Source: an uncultured virus (IMG/VR IMGVR_UViG_3300037089_000135) (lineage: Duplodnaviria; Heunggongvirae; Uroviricota; Caudoviricetes). Taken from it: a DNA stretch of 63,715 nucleotides. Location: IMG/VR virus record IMGVR_UViG_3300037089_000135; one strand, given 5' to 3'. The notes under the pieces were generated by a model. That model was not told the origin of the DNA. It made no database searches and saw only the letters and a program-made list of their open reading frames with translations. Positions 1-11,254 of the stretch are shown piece after piece; the stretch's first letter is position 1; every line of letters begins with the position of its first letter. The translations under genes were made by a program, and so were the position numbers.

Positions 1-899
1 CATCATCATATATTCTAACTTCTATATAATGTATATAATGATATTCTGAAGTATACCCTTCATCTACTTTGTCTTCTTCCAGGAATACAACTCTATATGA
101 ATCTTTATGCCATCCTTGTTTATTAAGATCAACCATAGATTCAAGTTTTTTCCTGAATGCCATTTCGACCGGCCCATAGACCGGAAGCTTCCCCTTTTTA
201 GGAGTGTTCCAAAATGCCATATTTATCACATCCTTTACATTTATATCCATATATATATGATACATGATACTTAGTTAATGTATTACTGTTATATACTCGA
301 TATATATATTTCTCCGGACTAGATGCACTAATTAAAATATACTTTTGAGAATGTATCTCCTGATATCTTTCGTTAATGCATATAATGAGGAGAATTAAAC
401 ATATTAATATTATAAACTAATGTTTAATATTTAATACATACCTCATTTATATCGCCCTTATTTCCATATCTATATGTACCGTGAATGCTGGAGGGTTACA
501 TTCATCACCATGATCAATTTCGACTTCCATATATTCCCTTTTCACTCCAGTTACACCTAACTCTTCTTTAATATAGTTCTTAATTGCGACTACAACTTCC
601 GCTTCAGTTAACACTATTTCCATTTATATCTCCACCGCTATCGTTTCCATGATAGTTATCATCATTGATATGCTGCTCGACAGCGGTTATAAATGTGCCA
701 GTCATCTCCAGATCGAACGTAGACTGGACAGAATGCTCAAGGATAAGGGCAAATACTAAGAAATCATCATATGTAAAAGGTTCTCCCTCAGCACCTTTCG
801 TAAACCACTCATGCCATTTATCCGGGTTCTTCAGCACCTCTTCTCTATGATCCCTTTCTACATCCATCGCAATCGTATGTACCTTAGCTGCTTGCATTT

Positions 900-1193
900 T
901 TATCCTTCCTTTATTCTTATTTTCTTGGTTTCACTTTCATTAAACAACCACAAGCTCATTGAACTTGGTACTCTTAAATCGCTAGTATCATGCATCCTCG
1001 GATATATTCCGGGTACATTTCTATTTATATCCGGATACATTTGGGATACAGTTGCACCTTGGTATTTAAATGTTAACTTTGGATCTTCAAGGTTAGTTAC
1101 CACTATTGGCCGGGGTCCCTGAAATGTTTTAAACATCCGGATATCGCCTATTTTAAGAGTCATTTTACTACCTTCCGTATCTTTATTTCGCAC
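900..1193 (-). CDS. small hypothetical protein, paralog family A (probable start MTLKIGD at 1163)
   Basis: Shares MTLKxGDIR...MYPD...YP...W motifs with 1160..1456. Confidence 0.6.
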   Translation of the reverse strand: MRNKDTEGSKMTLKIGDIRMFKTFQGPRPIVVTNLEDPKLTFKYQGATVSQMYPDINRNVPGIYPRMHDTSDLRVPSSMSLWLFNESETKKIRIKEG

Positions 1194-1456
1194 AATTTTG
1201 ATTCTGTTATCCAGAAATACATTCCTACTCTTGTATTTGGATAATTAGGATATTTTGGGTATGCAGCCGGATATGTGGTTTTTACAAATCTGAATGGAAT
1301 TTTTCTAGCTTTATCAGGATACATATCGTCCAGTATTGCAACCTGCATCATTCCCGGCCAATTTATATCGTCTTCTGGTCCCACTACTATGCATACCTTT
1401 TTTCTACGTTCATCACGAATATTCATGAATCGGATATCACCTGTTTTTAGAGTCAT
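1160..1456 (-). CDS. small hypothetical protein, paralog family A
   Basis: ORF with GAGG RBS; similar to its neighbours. Confidence 0.65.
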   Translation of the reverse strand: MTLKTGDIRFMNIRDERRKKVCIVVGPEDDINWPGMMQVAILDDMYPDKARKIPFRFVKTTYPAAYPKYPNYPNTRVGMYFWITESKLCEIKIRKVVK

Positions 1457-1572
1457 CTATATAACCTCGGAATTTTCGTCTCACTATGTCCAATATCGAA
1501 CACCTTTAATCCTATGTATCCCAATACAAATGCTAAGAATATTACCAATGCATATACTTCAAGTACTTCCAT

Positions 1573-1836
1573 TTATTTCACCTTCTTAATTGGCCTCAGC
1601 GTGTCTTCAGTAGCCCACAGATAGACTCCTAACTTCGTGTTTGGATAGTTCTTATCACCTGGATATTCTCCTGGCGTTCTTTGTCGTATATGCGGGAACA
1701 TGTTATATAGGGTAGCTACTTATGAAATCCTTATCTCTCGACCTATCTTCCGGCCCTACTATGATGCAAACTGACCCTTATACATACTATCATTCGAAAT
1801 ATGCATCATCATTATCGATCCAGCTTTAATTTCCAT
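1573..1836 (-). pseudogene. frameshifted third copy of paralog family A
   Basis: Pieces MEIKAGSI.., VCIIVGPED, VATLYNMFP..NYPNTKLGVYLWATE match 1160..1456 but need two frame changes and cross a TAA. Confidence 0.7.
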
Positions 1837-1959
1837 GTATATCCCTTGAGGCCCTGCTCTCTACGAACTTCATATTTCCGTCTACATTTCTAACCATAAC
1901 GAATCTCCGGCCACCCATGCCGGTTTTCCTTTCTTTGACATGATCGCCTCTGATAGACA

Positions 1960-3935
1960 TTATACGGTACCTCCAATATTAATTCCCAAAGCTTCTTCCA
2001 GCGTTGTAGCGACTTGCAATTCGTCTTCAACATTTCGCACTAAGAACCCGGATGAGAACATATGATCAAGGCCCTCAATTTTTACAAATCTGGTATGCAT
2101 TGCCTTATCGACGCTTATAACGGTGATCAAGTCTTTGTTCGGATTTTCACCCATGACCAAAGTATCTCCGGGTTTTATCATTCCAGCTTTTTCAGTTCTC
2201 ATTTAATCTTCCTCTCCAGCTCTAATGCAAACAGTATAGGCGCTCTCTTAATCGTTATAATATATTTGATTTTATCTATAGATGCTACATCCATAGCTTT
2301 CCTTGCAAGTTTCACATATGTTTTATGTGTATTGCCACTCCAATCATGTACGCCGTTCGTTATTTCGTATTCCCATCCACATTGATCTGTATGTGAATAT
2401 TGACATAGATCATGAAGCAATATAGCGATTTCTTGTACTTCAGGGGAAAGGTTTTTCAAATCCTCCAGCTCTTGCAATGCTTCTTTTGCATCTTTTATTT
2501 GGTCATCAAGGGTCTTTGCCATTTATATTACCTCATGTTTATGAGGGGTGTACTCCAGCTTCGTGAATGCTAATTCTACTAGATCTTGAATTTGTTTATC
2601 GTATTCATCTTGATCATCGGCATCCAGGGCCTTTACCGCTGCATTTCTGAGGTTAAATATTTGGTAAAGTTGTGCTCTCTTCTCTCCCACCTTCTTAATC
2701 TTCTTAGCCATACCTATACCTATACCTTTATTGTATTTAAGCTTTTCTCCTCATATCCAGGGCATAACAACCCATTAAAGGGATACCGGCACTGTGAACA
2801 TACTACCTCATCACAAAAGGCTTCATCGCGGACCCAATATCGATGCATACAAACCATTCATATCACCTAACATATAGGAACTGGATCAAGTCGCTCTATT
2901 TTTATTTCCATGCCAATGAAATCATCCGGATTACCATAGTACATTGCATCACCCATATAAATTCATAGGTGCATATAGTATTAGGTCTCTAGCCATCTGC
3001 ATAGCCATCTTAGAATCCATCTCCATTGATACGATATCCTTACCGGCCTTATCTACCAATGTCAAATAAACTATTCCGCCTAGTTCGTAATTTATTCTGT
3101 AGTTCGCCGGAGCCAAGTTAATGTTTAATTCTAATTGAGTTTTTCCTTTTACTGGACATTCACGCATTTGGCACTGCTCACACGTAATAGTAAGATGCCC
3201 GGCGTGATCATTTTCGGTTATATTCGTACATGCATATACCTTAACTGCTTTTGCTTCCAGATCGTATGCATAAAGTTCTTCATATACACGATTTCCAATT
3301 TTAAAAACCATATGTATTATACCACCCAATAATTTTCGATATCTCCGGGGTCATTCCGCCACATTCACCATATTTCTTATTTAGAGCTATGATAGCCTCC
3401 AGCTCTCCTTCAGTGCTCGCGACTGGAAAGAATCTATACGCCCGGCATATCTGCAACCGGGTTTGTAGTCTCTCTACATCTGATATATTGTATCTATCCA
3501 TTTATATATCCTCACTGTAGTAATTATCTATTGCTTCCAGAGATAATGCAATCCACGCGGGTTTATCAATTGCCGGAAGGTGACTTAGACGTATCAATTC
3601 TATGATGATATTATACAACCTTCGGCTTCGTCTTACCATAATCATATCTACGTACCCCATCTTATAAATAGATATCGTTAAAAAAAAGATTATAGCGGCT
3701 TTCCGCAATACGGACACGTTTTCTGCCATTGACCATACCAATAATCCTCGTTATGCGTATTATCTATGTATCCTCTATTCATGTCCATATCTCCATGCTG
3801 AGCATCACTTTCTATATTCATTTGATGCATAACCCAATGATGATTTTCATCACCATAAACTATCGAATCCAGTACTAAAGGCCCGGTAATATTGTGATGA
3901 TGATGAGAACCATTTATACAATCTTCAGCCTTCAT
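1960..3935 (-). CDS. run of small tightly packed hypothetical genes (1960..2202, 2199..2522, 2523..2711, 2949..3329, 3301..3501, 3502..3741, 3690..3935)
   Basis: Abutting or overlapping minus-strand ORFs; no recognisable domains. Confidence 0.55.
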
Positions 3936-3987
3936 CGGAGAAGGGTAAGGTCTTCCTTCATAGTCTCATCTCACGTTTTGTAGGCCC

Positions 3988-5421
3988 TTAAGTACTTGGT
4001 ATTCCAAGTATTCCTTTGTCATCGTTTTCCAGCTCCTCACCGTCTTCTCTAACTCTTATTCCAACCCATGTATAAACTCGCGTCTTTCCGCCCGGCCCGG
4101 TTCGTATCTGCCCGGTATGAATCGTATCCTTATACGTCTCGATTAACCGCTTTCCAAACTGTGAAAAGTGTACCGGCCTTCCATGACTTTTTATACAAAA
4201 CTTTGCATATTTATCATACAAAAGGTTTTTCGTTATCACCGATTCCGGACTCTCTACAACCATGAACTCCAGGAATGCCTTTGTAGGATTACTAGCGGCT
4301 GCATATAGAATATACATATCCTCGGCAGACGTTTCATTCGTGTATCTCTTTGTCTTCAATAGATGCTTAAGATACGGCAATACCAGATTAAAGAGTCCTG
4401 AATATTCCTCGGGTTCTTGGAAGTCCTTTAATAACTGCTCGTCCTCCGGGTTCAAAGTGAATTTATTATCACAAATAAATATTTCCACTCTGCGTGAGAA
4501 TCCAGTGGTATCATCATGCACGGCTGAAAGAATATTAGTCGCGAATACTATTTTTGCGAAGTTTGACATATCAAATGGCTGACCAAACTTTCTCTGGACT
4601 CTCATCATGTCCCGGCTTCCGCCTGTTAGCATCTTGAAAGTTCCAGTGGTCTTAATTGCCGTGCTATCCAAATCACCGGCTTCATTCAGCAACTTATTGT
4701 GTAATTCAGCCACAGCGAACTTATCTTCTGCCATTTGTTGAAAAGTTACATTGCTGCAATTACTGTCACCTACAAAGGTCCTCGCGATTTGAAGCATCAT
4801 GGACTTACCGCTTTGTCCAGGGCCATAGAAGATAAATGCCTTTTGCACCTCATATGATCTATACATGAGATACCCGAGAAGCTCATAAAACTTCGTGACA
4901 TCTTCCGGCTTTAGGACCCTAGTTACCACCGTTTGAATAGCTGGACATTTGGCCTTTGGATCATATTTTACTGGCACCTGGATGAATGAAAAGTACTTCG
5001 GATTGTGCGGCTCCAGCTTTCCATCCTTAAGATTATACAACCCATTCTCCATGTTAATTATATTAATATCAGAATCGAATTCTGACAGTGGGTGCATAGT
5101 TAGATTCCGGATTTTTGCTATTATTTCTGACGTTGTTTTGATATCTAGTAGTGGAATTTTATCCGGCCTCTTAAAGTTGATAAATAAAGTTTCCAGCATT
5201 TGCCTTACGAATGCTTCTCCATAATCGATATATATGCCGTTATGATAAAGCATGATATTCTTTGTTTCTGTTACTGTAATTATATTAAAATTTCGAAGTA
5301 TATACTGGACCGTTTCATCTATATTTATATAATTAACTTGAATCTTGTCCGGGTCTTTTTTCGACCGCTTAAATACTATACAGCATGTAGGATCTTCCGT
5401 TAAATTTCTATTAAATTCCAT
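3988..5421 (-). CDS. phage/plasmid primase-helicase P4/D5 family, SF3 helicase (no primase domain seen)
   Basis: D5_N-like region (INMENGLYNL..PHNP), Walker A GPGQSGKS, motif C FATN, RR finger, C-terminal winged helix. Confidence 0.9.
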   Translation of the reverse strand: MEFNRNLTEDPTCCIVFKRSKKDPDKIQVNYINIDETVQYILRNFNIITVTETKNIMLYHNGIYIDYGEAFVRQMLETLFINFKRPDKIPLLDIKTTSEIIAKIRNLTMHPLSEFDSDINIINMENGLYNLKDGKLEPHNPKYFSFIQVPVKYDPKAKCPAIQTVVTRVLKPEDVTKFYELLGYLMYRSYEVQKAFIFYGPGQSGKSMMLQIARTFVGDSNCSNVTFQQMAEDKFAVAELHNKLLNEAGDLDSTAIKTTGTFKMLTGGSRDMMRVQRKFGQPFDMSNFAKIVFATNILSAVHDDTTGFSRRVEIFICDNKFTLNPEDEQLLKDFQEPEEYSGLFNLVLPYLKHLLKTKRYTNETSAEDMYILYAAASNPTKAFLEFMVVESPESVITKNLLYDKYAKFCIKSHGRPVHFSQFGKRLIETYKDTIHTGQIRTGPGGKTRVYTWVGIRVREDGEELENDDKGILGIPST

Positions 5422-5442
5422 TTAAACACCTCTAAAAAAGTT

Positions 5443-6167
5443 TTAATCGAAGATATCATGTTTTTCATATTCATCTTCGGATTCATGTTCGTCTACTCTT
5501 TTATTTACCCATTTAAATACATCGTTTCCAAATACAGCCATCATAGCGGCTTCAAATATATAATGAGCATCATTACCATCTTCGTGATATTCATCACTAT
5601 CGATGAAATCGATATATTCTTGGCACTGCTCGATTAAATGATCCAGGTCCATATCCTCTAAAACTTTAGGCTTAGGCATCTTCAGCCCTCTTTTGAATTC
5701 TTTCTGTTATTTGTTGAATTTCTCGGATTTTGACTAATACTTCCGATTTATCATTGTTATCTTTGCACATCAAATCCCATGCATCTACTATTTTTTCCAT
5801 ATTTTCTTGATAATTTACTTGAATAGGAAATGTAACTGATGGATTATCATACAAAAATAACTTCAGATTGCTAAATTTTCTATACGTACCATATGGTGTT
5901 TTTTCTTCTGTTAAATCGTATTTTAATCCTACTATATTTTTAGTCATATATACCAATCCTCCTAAGTGCTTTATCTCTTAACACATCAATTATAGCATTT
6001 TCTAACTTAGAATCTGCCACAATGTCTTCTGTTGTTCCGTCATCTCTCCGGATTTTAATTTCTATCATCTTGATATTCCGGAGGTGTTCTGTTGCATCAT
6101 ACCGGCGATCAGCTTCATGCATATCGGATATTTCTTTTATTGCTGTGTCCAAACTAGCTTTACTCAT
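5443..6167 (-). CDS. three small hypothetical proteins (5443..5679, 5672..5956, 5940..6167)
   Basis: Overlapping ORFs in operon orientation. Confidence 0.55.
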
Positions 6168-6248
6168 TCTATTACCACCTTATCTTGAAATACCTGAATA
6201 TTATTTACCGCTATCTCTTTTCCATTTTCATCCTTAAGATATATCTCT

Positions 6249-6701
6249 TTAAATTGATTTTTTTGGGTTGCAATACCGCCACGATTGGGGGGCAGTCCAA
6301 TGTTCACGAACATCTATGTCATTCTGTTTAGGGTCCCTCGGGTCAATTGGATGAATAAGCCTCCCTGGAGCTATGATCTCAATTTGATACCATTTCCGAT
6401 CTCCGAGTACTTTTATTACTTCTTTAAGGTCTTCATCCCCACCTGGAGCAGACATAGGGTATTCCCCTATTAAATGAAAAATTCCATACTCATCATATAA
6501 TTCAGATGCAGTTTTAGGAGATTCGATTTTTCCCGGCCTGAAGGACCCGGTAATCATCTTAACCGGCGCTGATTCATAAAGCCATATACGCCTAACTTCC
6601 TCTACTGGCACTCTGGTCCTCAGCTCTACTATCTTTCGGCCTGCATAAATTGCTTCTGCCATATTCGGCTTGATCGAAAAAATTGCATCGCGACGCATCA
6701 T
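6249..6701 (-). CDS. ASCH/PUA-like domain protein
   Basis: SIKP..AEAIYAGRKIVELR, YESAP, APQSWRY signature. Confidence 0.85.
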   Translation of the reverse strand: MMRRDAIFSIKPNMAEAIYAGRKIVELRTRVPVEEVRRIWLYESAPVKMITGSFRPGKIESPKTASELYDEYGIFHLIGEYPMSAPGGDEDLKEVIKVLGDRKWYQIEIIAPGRLIHPIDPRDPKQNDIDVREHWTAPQSWRYCNPKKSI

Positions 6702-6703
6702 AT

Positions 6704-7060
6704 TTATGCGCCGCCTTCAATAGTTACCGATTCATATGGGATTCTCGACTTTTCGATTGCATACTCATATAGGAGTCTCTTAATATCTTGCTTAACGCAT
6801 TCAATAGGCAACGTCACCCACTCAGTATGTCTCCGGTCGTTTTGCATGAGGTGCATGAATTCTATGCATGTGCAATTCCGATATTCATATTGCATAGTTT
6901 TCTCATTATAGAATTCCTCTTGCATATTGATGCTCCAATAGGAGCCCTCATTCTTTTTATATCCCCGCGTAAAGTTAACTTTGAACATCTTTATTCCATC
7001 TCCAAAAATATTCGATATATTCTCTAAATCGTTTACCTTCTTCTGTTTTCTCAAAATCAT
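6704..7060 (-). CDS. hypothetical protein (true start probably internal, MFKVNF)
   Basis: ORF track. Confidence 0.5.
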   Translation of the reverse strand: MILRKQKKVNDLENISNIFGDGIKMFKVNFTRGYKKNEGSYWSINMQEEFYNEKTMQYEYRNCTCIEFMHLMQNDRRHTEWVTLPIECVKQDIKRLLYEYAIEKSRIPYESVTIEGGA

Positions 7061-7109
7061 CTGATATCCATACTTTTTCGGGTATAATTTCTCGAATTAG
7101 TTTTACCAT

Positions 7110-7631
7110 CTAAAGTTCTCCTTTCATTCTACCACAGCAAGTTAAAACCTTATCGATAGGCTTCTCATATTGCGCCCATTTTGACAGACCTTTTTCACTA
7201 TTTGGAATACTTAAACCTAGTTTACTATTTATCAACTCTCCAGGTATTAACCAAACATGCAACGGGTTCAAATCGTCCCTATTGTCAAACGCGATACAAA
7301 GGAAATACTCACATTTATCATTTCTTTTTATATTAAATAACCAATGTGTATTTCTTTTATTATGATGACTTCGTAAGCAACTTGATTTACAATCGATCCG
7401 TTTCTTCTTTCCGCAAACAAAGTCCCATCCAGGATTCCCATAAGGGGCCTTTTCGACATGATCGAATAGACCTGCTAATACCTGCTCAGCTACGTGGCAC
7501 CCTAAAAAAGATGCACATTCCCTATTTTCCGACATAGGTTTAATCTTTCCAAATTTATGTCTCCTATTTACTTCATATCCAGGATGGGATTTAATCCATT
7601 CTTGTTTATATAAAGTACGACTTGTTACCAT
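7110..7631 (-). CDS. putative PD-(D/E)XK free-standing endonuclease
   Basis: GWDFVC..IDCKSS catalytic-like motif; paralog of 15170..15736. Confidence 0.6.
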   Translation of the reverse strand: MVTSRTLYKQEWIKSHPGYEVNRRHKFGKIKPMSENRECASFLGCHVAEQVLAGLFDHVEKAPYGNPGWDFVCGKKKRIDCKSSCLRSHHNKRNTHWLFNIKRNDKCEYFLCIAFDNRDDLNPLHVWLIPGELINSKLGLSIPNSEKGLSKWAQYEKPIDKVLTCCGRMKGEL

Positions 7632-8196
7632 TTATATATCACCCGATTTTAAAGGATTTTCCAGATTTATAGGTTATGGTAACGAAATCAATCGTATCAT
7701 CGCCACATTCAATAACCTCTGTGATCGATTTACCGGCCTCTGCCCTGGACAAAGCCAATCTCTTATCAATCTCTTCAGACATAAATCTTTCCCTCAATTT
7801 AGCTTTTATAACATTTTAATTTATATAAATTTCCTCCAATACTCCATAATTGCAAGTCCTTACCAGATCCGGAACATATTATAATACTCTCTTCCGGTTC
7901 TAGTTTTAGTGGTTTATTGCGATCGATTATAGGTGACATTCCCATCAAATGTGATTCTATAGATTGCAGGCTTTTGATAATATCTAATGCACATCTTTTA
8001 CATAGTCCCAACGTTTCTGTATTTTGCAGGACCTCAGTATCACCGGCTGCATCACAATCATGTCATGATTTTCCTGATAGATTTACGTGATATACGTCTC
8101 TCTCCAGCTCGATAATCTTTTTACAATCATCGCACTTCCAAACTTCAATCTTCCCCATATATAATACCTCATTTTATTATTAAAAAATAATATTAT

Positions 8197-8652
8197 CTAC
8201 ATATTACTATGTAGATTTGCAAGTCCGGAGTCATTTAGAGCTACTAAATGCCCTTGTGGAATAACTTCTTTTGATATTAATCTAAAAGACGGTTGTAGAT
8301 CTCGAATATATTCTTGCCTCCTAATTCTTTCTTCTTGGAATAACGCTAACAGGAGAACATAATAGTTGATCTCATCACCGATCTTTTCTTCTAGTAGGGC
8401 CTGATCTGGAATAGTCCCATTAGTCGCGAAGTCATTTACAATATCATCAATAGATACATCATGCTTCAGCTTAAAGCCCATCAGGGACTCTTGGGGGGTT
8501 TCATTGGCCTTTCTAGCCGCCTCATGGAAATTATGAAGCCGTGCCCCTCTAGCGTATTCCTGAGCTTTCCTGGTGAGAGTATTCGTACAACGTCCAAACG
8601 TGTCCGAGACAAGGATATTGAATTCCTCATCTCCCATAAAATATTCACTCAT
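8197..8652 (-). CDS. MazG-like / nucleotide-modification-associated alpha-helical protein
   Basis: KAQEYA..LHNF..KH..EEKIGDEINYYVLL pattern resembles phage all-alpha NTP pyrophosphohydrolases. Confidence 0.6.
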   Translation of the reverse strand: MSEYFMGDEEFNILVSDTFGRCTNTLTRKAQEYARGARLHNFHEAARKANETPQESLMGFKLKHDVSIDDIVNDFATNGTIPDQALLEEKIGDEINYYVLLLALFQEERIRRQEYIRDLQPSFRLISKEVIPQGHLVALNDSGLANLHSNM

Positions 8653-8938
8653 GTTTTTCTTCGTCTCCTGGAGTCATACATTCAGCTAAATCATGTGTTA
8701 ATGTATCGACTACTCCATTTGTGGCATACAAATCACCGACGATTAAACCGATAGCGAAGGCTTCTTTTGTCGTGAAATCTCCATCTGCAATGATTGAAGA
8801 TGTATCCTTTATCTTAATTTTTCCTTCCTTTGCAAGCTTCTGGAATTTCTGATATACAGCGTCCATCTCTTTTTCATCAAATCCGGCCATTACTTCCAGT
8901 CCTTCCGGACCATATAACATAGTGTGCATTGTATTCAC
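8645..8938 (-). CDS. hypothetical protein, paralog family B
   Basis: II...FTTKEAFAIGLIVGD shared with 8935..9228. Confidence 0.6.
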   Translation of the reverse strand: MNTMHTMLYGPEGLEVMAGFDEKEMDAVYQKFQKLAKEGKIKIKDTSSIIADGDFTTKEAFAIGLIVGDLYATNGVVDTLTHDLAECMTPGDEEKHE

Positions 8939-9228
8939 TCCTTTGTATTCTTATATCTATATGCTTCTGCGGTGTCTTCTAAAGCTTTTGCTCCAAGTTC
9001 ATGTAACAGTTGATCAAATCCCATGCAGGTAAATCCATCACCAAGAATCAACCCGGTGATAAATCCTTCTTTCACAGTCATCTCAGATTCAATAATAGTC
9101 TTATCTATGCTTTCTCCGATAGTGTTTTTTCCCATTATGGGCAAACAGTATATTTCATATATTCTTTGTATATCTTCTTCAGTACAATTTCCTATTTTGC
9201 ATAGGCCCATAACATCATATAATTCCAT
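8935..9228 (-). CDS. hypothetical protein, paralog family B
   Basis: II...MTVKEGFITGLILGD. Confidence 0.6.
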   Translation of the reverse strand: MELYDVMGLCKIGNCTEEDIQRIYEIYCLPIMGKNTIGESIDKTIIESEMTVKEGFITGLILGDGFTCMGFDQLLHELGAKALEDTAEAYRYKNTKE

Positions 9229-9237
9229 ATGTTTACC

Positions 9238-9879
9238 TCACCATTTAGATAATACTGATAGCTCCCGTTTTCCGGCCCATTCCTCGTATCCCTGGAGGGC
9301 TACAATCGGGCTCTCGAATCGTGTCATTAATTCTTTCAACTTCTCCGGTCCCACTGATGGGATCGCGAGCATAAACTCTCTTCCGCCTTCCGTTTTCTTC
9401 GGTGGTACCAGTCCTATTCTTGGTAAATACTCCAGAGTGTTTAATAACACTTGTACCGTTCCATCCATATTATAACTATTTAATATGGTAGTATGGAACT
9501 CTTGCTGAGATGTTAGGAAGTTCGTAAATGTTTTGAATGACATTGAAGGAGTTAGTACCGGCCCTCGCCACAGGCATATATTTCCATCTTTTAAAATATA
9601 TGTACCTTCTAATAGTAGCCCGGTTAACTCATAATCGTGCCTCATATGACTTAATCTTTGTTTGAGATAATCCTTATCGGAAGCCGCAAAATCTGCAAGA
9701 GCTTTCCGTTCTATGATCATTTCTACGCCGTCTTTCCTGAGCATGTAATCGCCATATGGTAACGCTTTAACTACAAAATCTAAATCTTGCGCGAGTACCG
9801 GGCTCTGCCTTCGATACGATTCGAAAATAGGTAAAATTTTTTTAACGGGCTCGCGACTGTCAATTATTATAAGAGACAT
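9238..9879 (-). CDS. ERCC4/XPF-family structure-specific nuclease
   Basis: IIIDSRE, LPYGDY, IIERK...DF, LLLEG and C-terminal HhH (IPSVGP). Confidence 0.9.
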   Translation of the reverse strand: MSLIIIDSREPVKKILPIFESYRRQSPVLAQDLDFVVKALPYGDYMLRKDGVEMIIERKALADFAASDKDYLKQRLSHMRHDYELTGLLLEGTYILKDGNICLWRGPVLTPSMSFKTFTNFLTSQQEFHTTILNSYNMDGTVQVLLNTLEYLPRIGLVPPKKTEGGREFMLAIPSVGPEKLKELMTRFESPIVALQGYEEWAGKRELSVLSKW

Positions 9880-9887
9880 TGTATAAA

Positions 9888-10388
9888 TTACCTCATATTA
9901 TCGTATCTTCTCTTTTTGGCATTTTCTATTCTACTTATAAACCTACAATTTCCAGGTTCGTAATTCCCGTCGTTGTCAATCCTATCTATTGTAAGTCCTT
10001 TAGTCCATCCATTTGCTAAAGCCCACTCCTTAAACTTTACATAGTCGTTCCATTCATCGCAAACCTTAATCCCTCTCCCTCCATATCGTTCGCATCTAGT
10101 AGCATTTTTATTATGACATCTAGCTTTCATACTACGCCACGTTTTATAAGGGGAATTAGGATTTCTACGATCGTTATGAATGCGTTTAGGAATATTCATT
10201 TCGTATTTCCTATAACATCCACAACTTTTAGTACTACCTCCGGTTAAATTACTTCCAGTAACCACTACGATTGATCCACATTTACAAAGGCATTCCCATT
10301 TTTGATTTGTTTTCTTAGGAACGTCAATCTTCCTAATTACTGTTAGATATCCGTATGTACGACCCGTTTTATCATCAAATTTCCTCAT
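9888..10388 (-). CDS. HNH-type homing endonuclease
   Basis: WECLCKCG, SCGC, W.SMKARC, YGGRGIKVCDEW, TIDRIDNDGNYEPGNCR. Confidence 0.85.
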   Translation of the reverse strand: MRKFDDKTGRTYGYLTVIRKIDVPKKTNQKWECLCKCGSIVVVTGSNLTGGSTKSCGCYRKYEMNIPKRIHNDRRNPNSPYKTWRSMKARCHNKNATRCERYGGRGIKVCDEWNDYVKFKEWALANGWTKGLTIDRIDNDGNYEPGNCRFISRIENAKKRRYDNMR

Positions 10389-10643
10389 CTACATACTACT
10401 CCTCGCGGCCTCGGCCATTTCGACATGAATTTCGAGGTGACATTTCGAATGCACCAGAGTTACATTCTCATCCGTATCAGGTCCACCTTGTGATACCGGA
10501 ATGATATGATGAGCTTCAATTAGTTTCCAGCTTTTCAAAGGCTCTCCGCACCTGGAGCACGTTGGATGGAAGTCCTTACGCAATTTTTCTTTTTTTATCC
10601 CTAGAAGTTCTTTCCATCTTCTCTGACGTTCACTAAGATACAT
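10389..10643 (-). CDS. small HNH endonuclease
   Basis: CxxC..HHIIP...GG...N....CH. Confidence 0.85.
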   Translation of the reverse strand: MYLSERQRRWKELLGIKKEKLRKDFHPTCSRCGEPLKSWKLIEAHHIIPVSQGGPDTDENVTLVHSKCHLEIHVEMAEAARSSM

Positions 10644-10884
10644 TTACCTTACCTCCTTGTAGTTGCACCTGATCATCATATCTTTGCTCAAATGATGCTC
10701 CGGGCAATAGGTTAACAGATTGTGAAACCTCGAATCACTGGTAAGGCTATGTCTGCCTTCTACCTTTTGCCATTTAGATACTTCAATATCTGTAACATCT
10801 ACAGCATTGTTGCATCCGATCATGCAACACCTATACGCATGAATTCTTTGCATAGCCTATACTATAACTCCATTCTATTTAAGG

Positions 10885-11247
10885 TTAATGGAACTCATCG
10901 ATGCACCAAAGCTCTGGAATATCATCACCAAGCGCCAGCATCAACCATTTAGCTACCAGTTGTCTATGGCAAAATTTGCCTGCCGGTTCATAGCAAAGTA
11001 ATACTGCATCGTGTCCAAGTTCCTCGGCTACTTGTCGGGGATCTAGCTTATCTAGGCATTCTTCATAATATCTCTTTTCGAATTCTTCTTTTGTCTTGAT
11101 TTTTCCAGTTCCATTCCATTCACAAAGTAATCTCGGACTCGGAGCCAACTTTGGATACCACCGGCCCTTCCAATTAGACGGCGGGTACCTGCATATTGCG
11201 ACTCCATTTGGCACATTTCCGTACCGTTTAAAAAAAGATGTCCTCAT
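10885..11247 (-). CDS. DUF488-family protein
   Basis: LAPS..LL, LLCYE....FCHR.LVAKWL. Confidence 0.8.
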   Translation of the reverse strand: MRTSFFKRYGNVPNGVAICRYPPSNWKGRWYPKLAPSPRLLCEWNGTGKIKTKEEFEKRYYEECLDKLDPRQVAEELGHDAVLLCYEPAGKFCHRQLVAKWLMLALGDDIPELWCIDEFH

Positions 11248-11254
11248 GAGGTTC

